Positions 63,821-64,000 of a DNA stretch of 64,000 nucleotides are shown here, in pieces; within the stretch, counting starts at the first letter, position 1; the number at the start of each line of letters is the position of its first letter. A model generated the notes under the pieces. The model was given only the letters and a program-made list of their open reading frames with translations. It did not search any database and was not told where the DNA came from. The translations under genes and the position numbers were made by a program. This DNA comes from Camelus dromedarius (lineage: Eukaryota): NCBI RefSeq assembly GCF_036321535.1, contig NC_087447.1, forward strand, positions 38,566,001 through 38,630,000, written 5' to 3'.

Positions 63821-64000
63821 CTAATTACATTAGTTATGTAATGACGGAAGTCCTAAGCTTCTGACTAGGGAGGTCTTTTCTTCCTGTTCCTGCTTTGTGT
63901 TGAGTATTGAGATGAATCACTGCCTGGAGAAGACGCCCAGTGAAATGAAAGCAAATGGACGAGTTGATAGCAGTGATGTGATGCTTGGGGCTTTCTTCCC

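Larger units (their letters stand above)
40624..64000 (-). other. SPON1: SPON1 intron upstream of the exon (continues beyond window end)
   Basis: Ends with AG acceptor at 40625-40624; candidate branch point cactgat (minus 40656-40650); the preceding SPON1 peptide (..YGNWSEKTHPKDYP) was not found in the window. Confidence 0.85.

Noticed and set aside
1..64000. tRNA/rRNA genes, processed pseudogenes, prokaryotic operons or defence systems
   Set aside because: None recognisable; the content is explained by one SPON1 exon plus intronic repeats and unique DNA

Overview
Mammalian genomic DNA, not prokaryotic. It is most likely from a camelid: the young L1 3' ends look cetartiodactyl/camelid, and I saw no Alu, Bov-tA/BovB or PRE-1 SINEs (species is an inference). 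The whole window lies inside SPON1 (F-spondin), transcribed from the minus strand. Only one coding exon is present (40475-40623, 149 nt, Spondin_N domain, probably exon 6), with over 23 kb of intron upstream and over 40 kb downstream. The rest is intronic: L1, L2, MIR, MLT1/LTR16, a solo ERV1-type LTR, the DNA transposon fossils MER81, MER58A, MER91A, MER3 and Tigger13a, microsatellites and a few repeat-free enhancer-like blocks. Almost all other ORF-track entries are chance ORFs or L1 remnants. I found no convincing new multi-gene system. Best leads: (1) a 340-bp TSD-bounded 'mini-L1' joining the L1 5' start directly to the 3' tail; (2) an old non-transposon duplication 4 kb apart with a near-identical FOX/SOX-motif core; (3) an in-frame alternative 3' splice site 36 nt upstream of the SPON1 exon; (4) an internal L1 fragment that looks like a break-repair patch. 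Repeat family names come from my recall of consensus sequences, and boundaries of old repeats are approximate.
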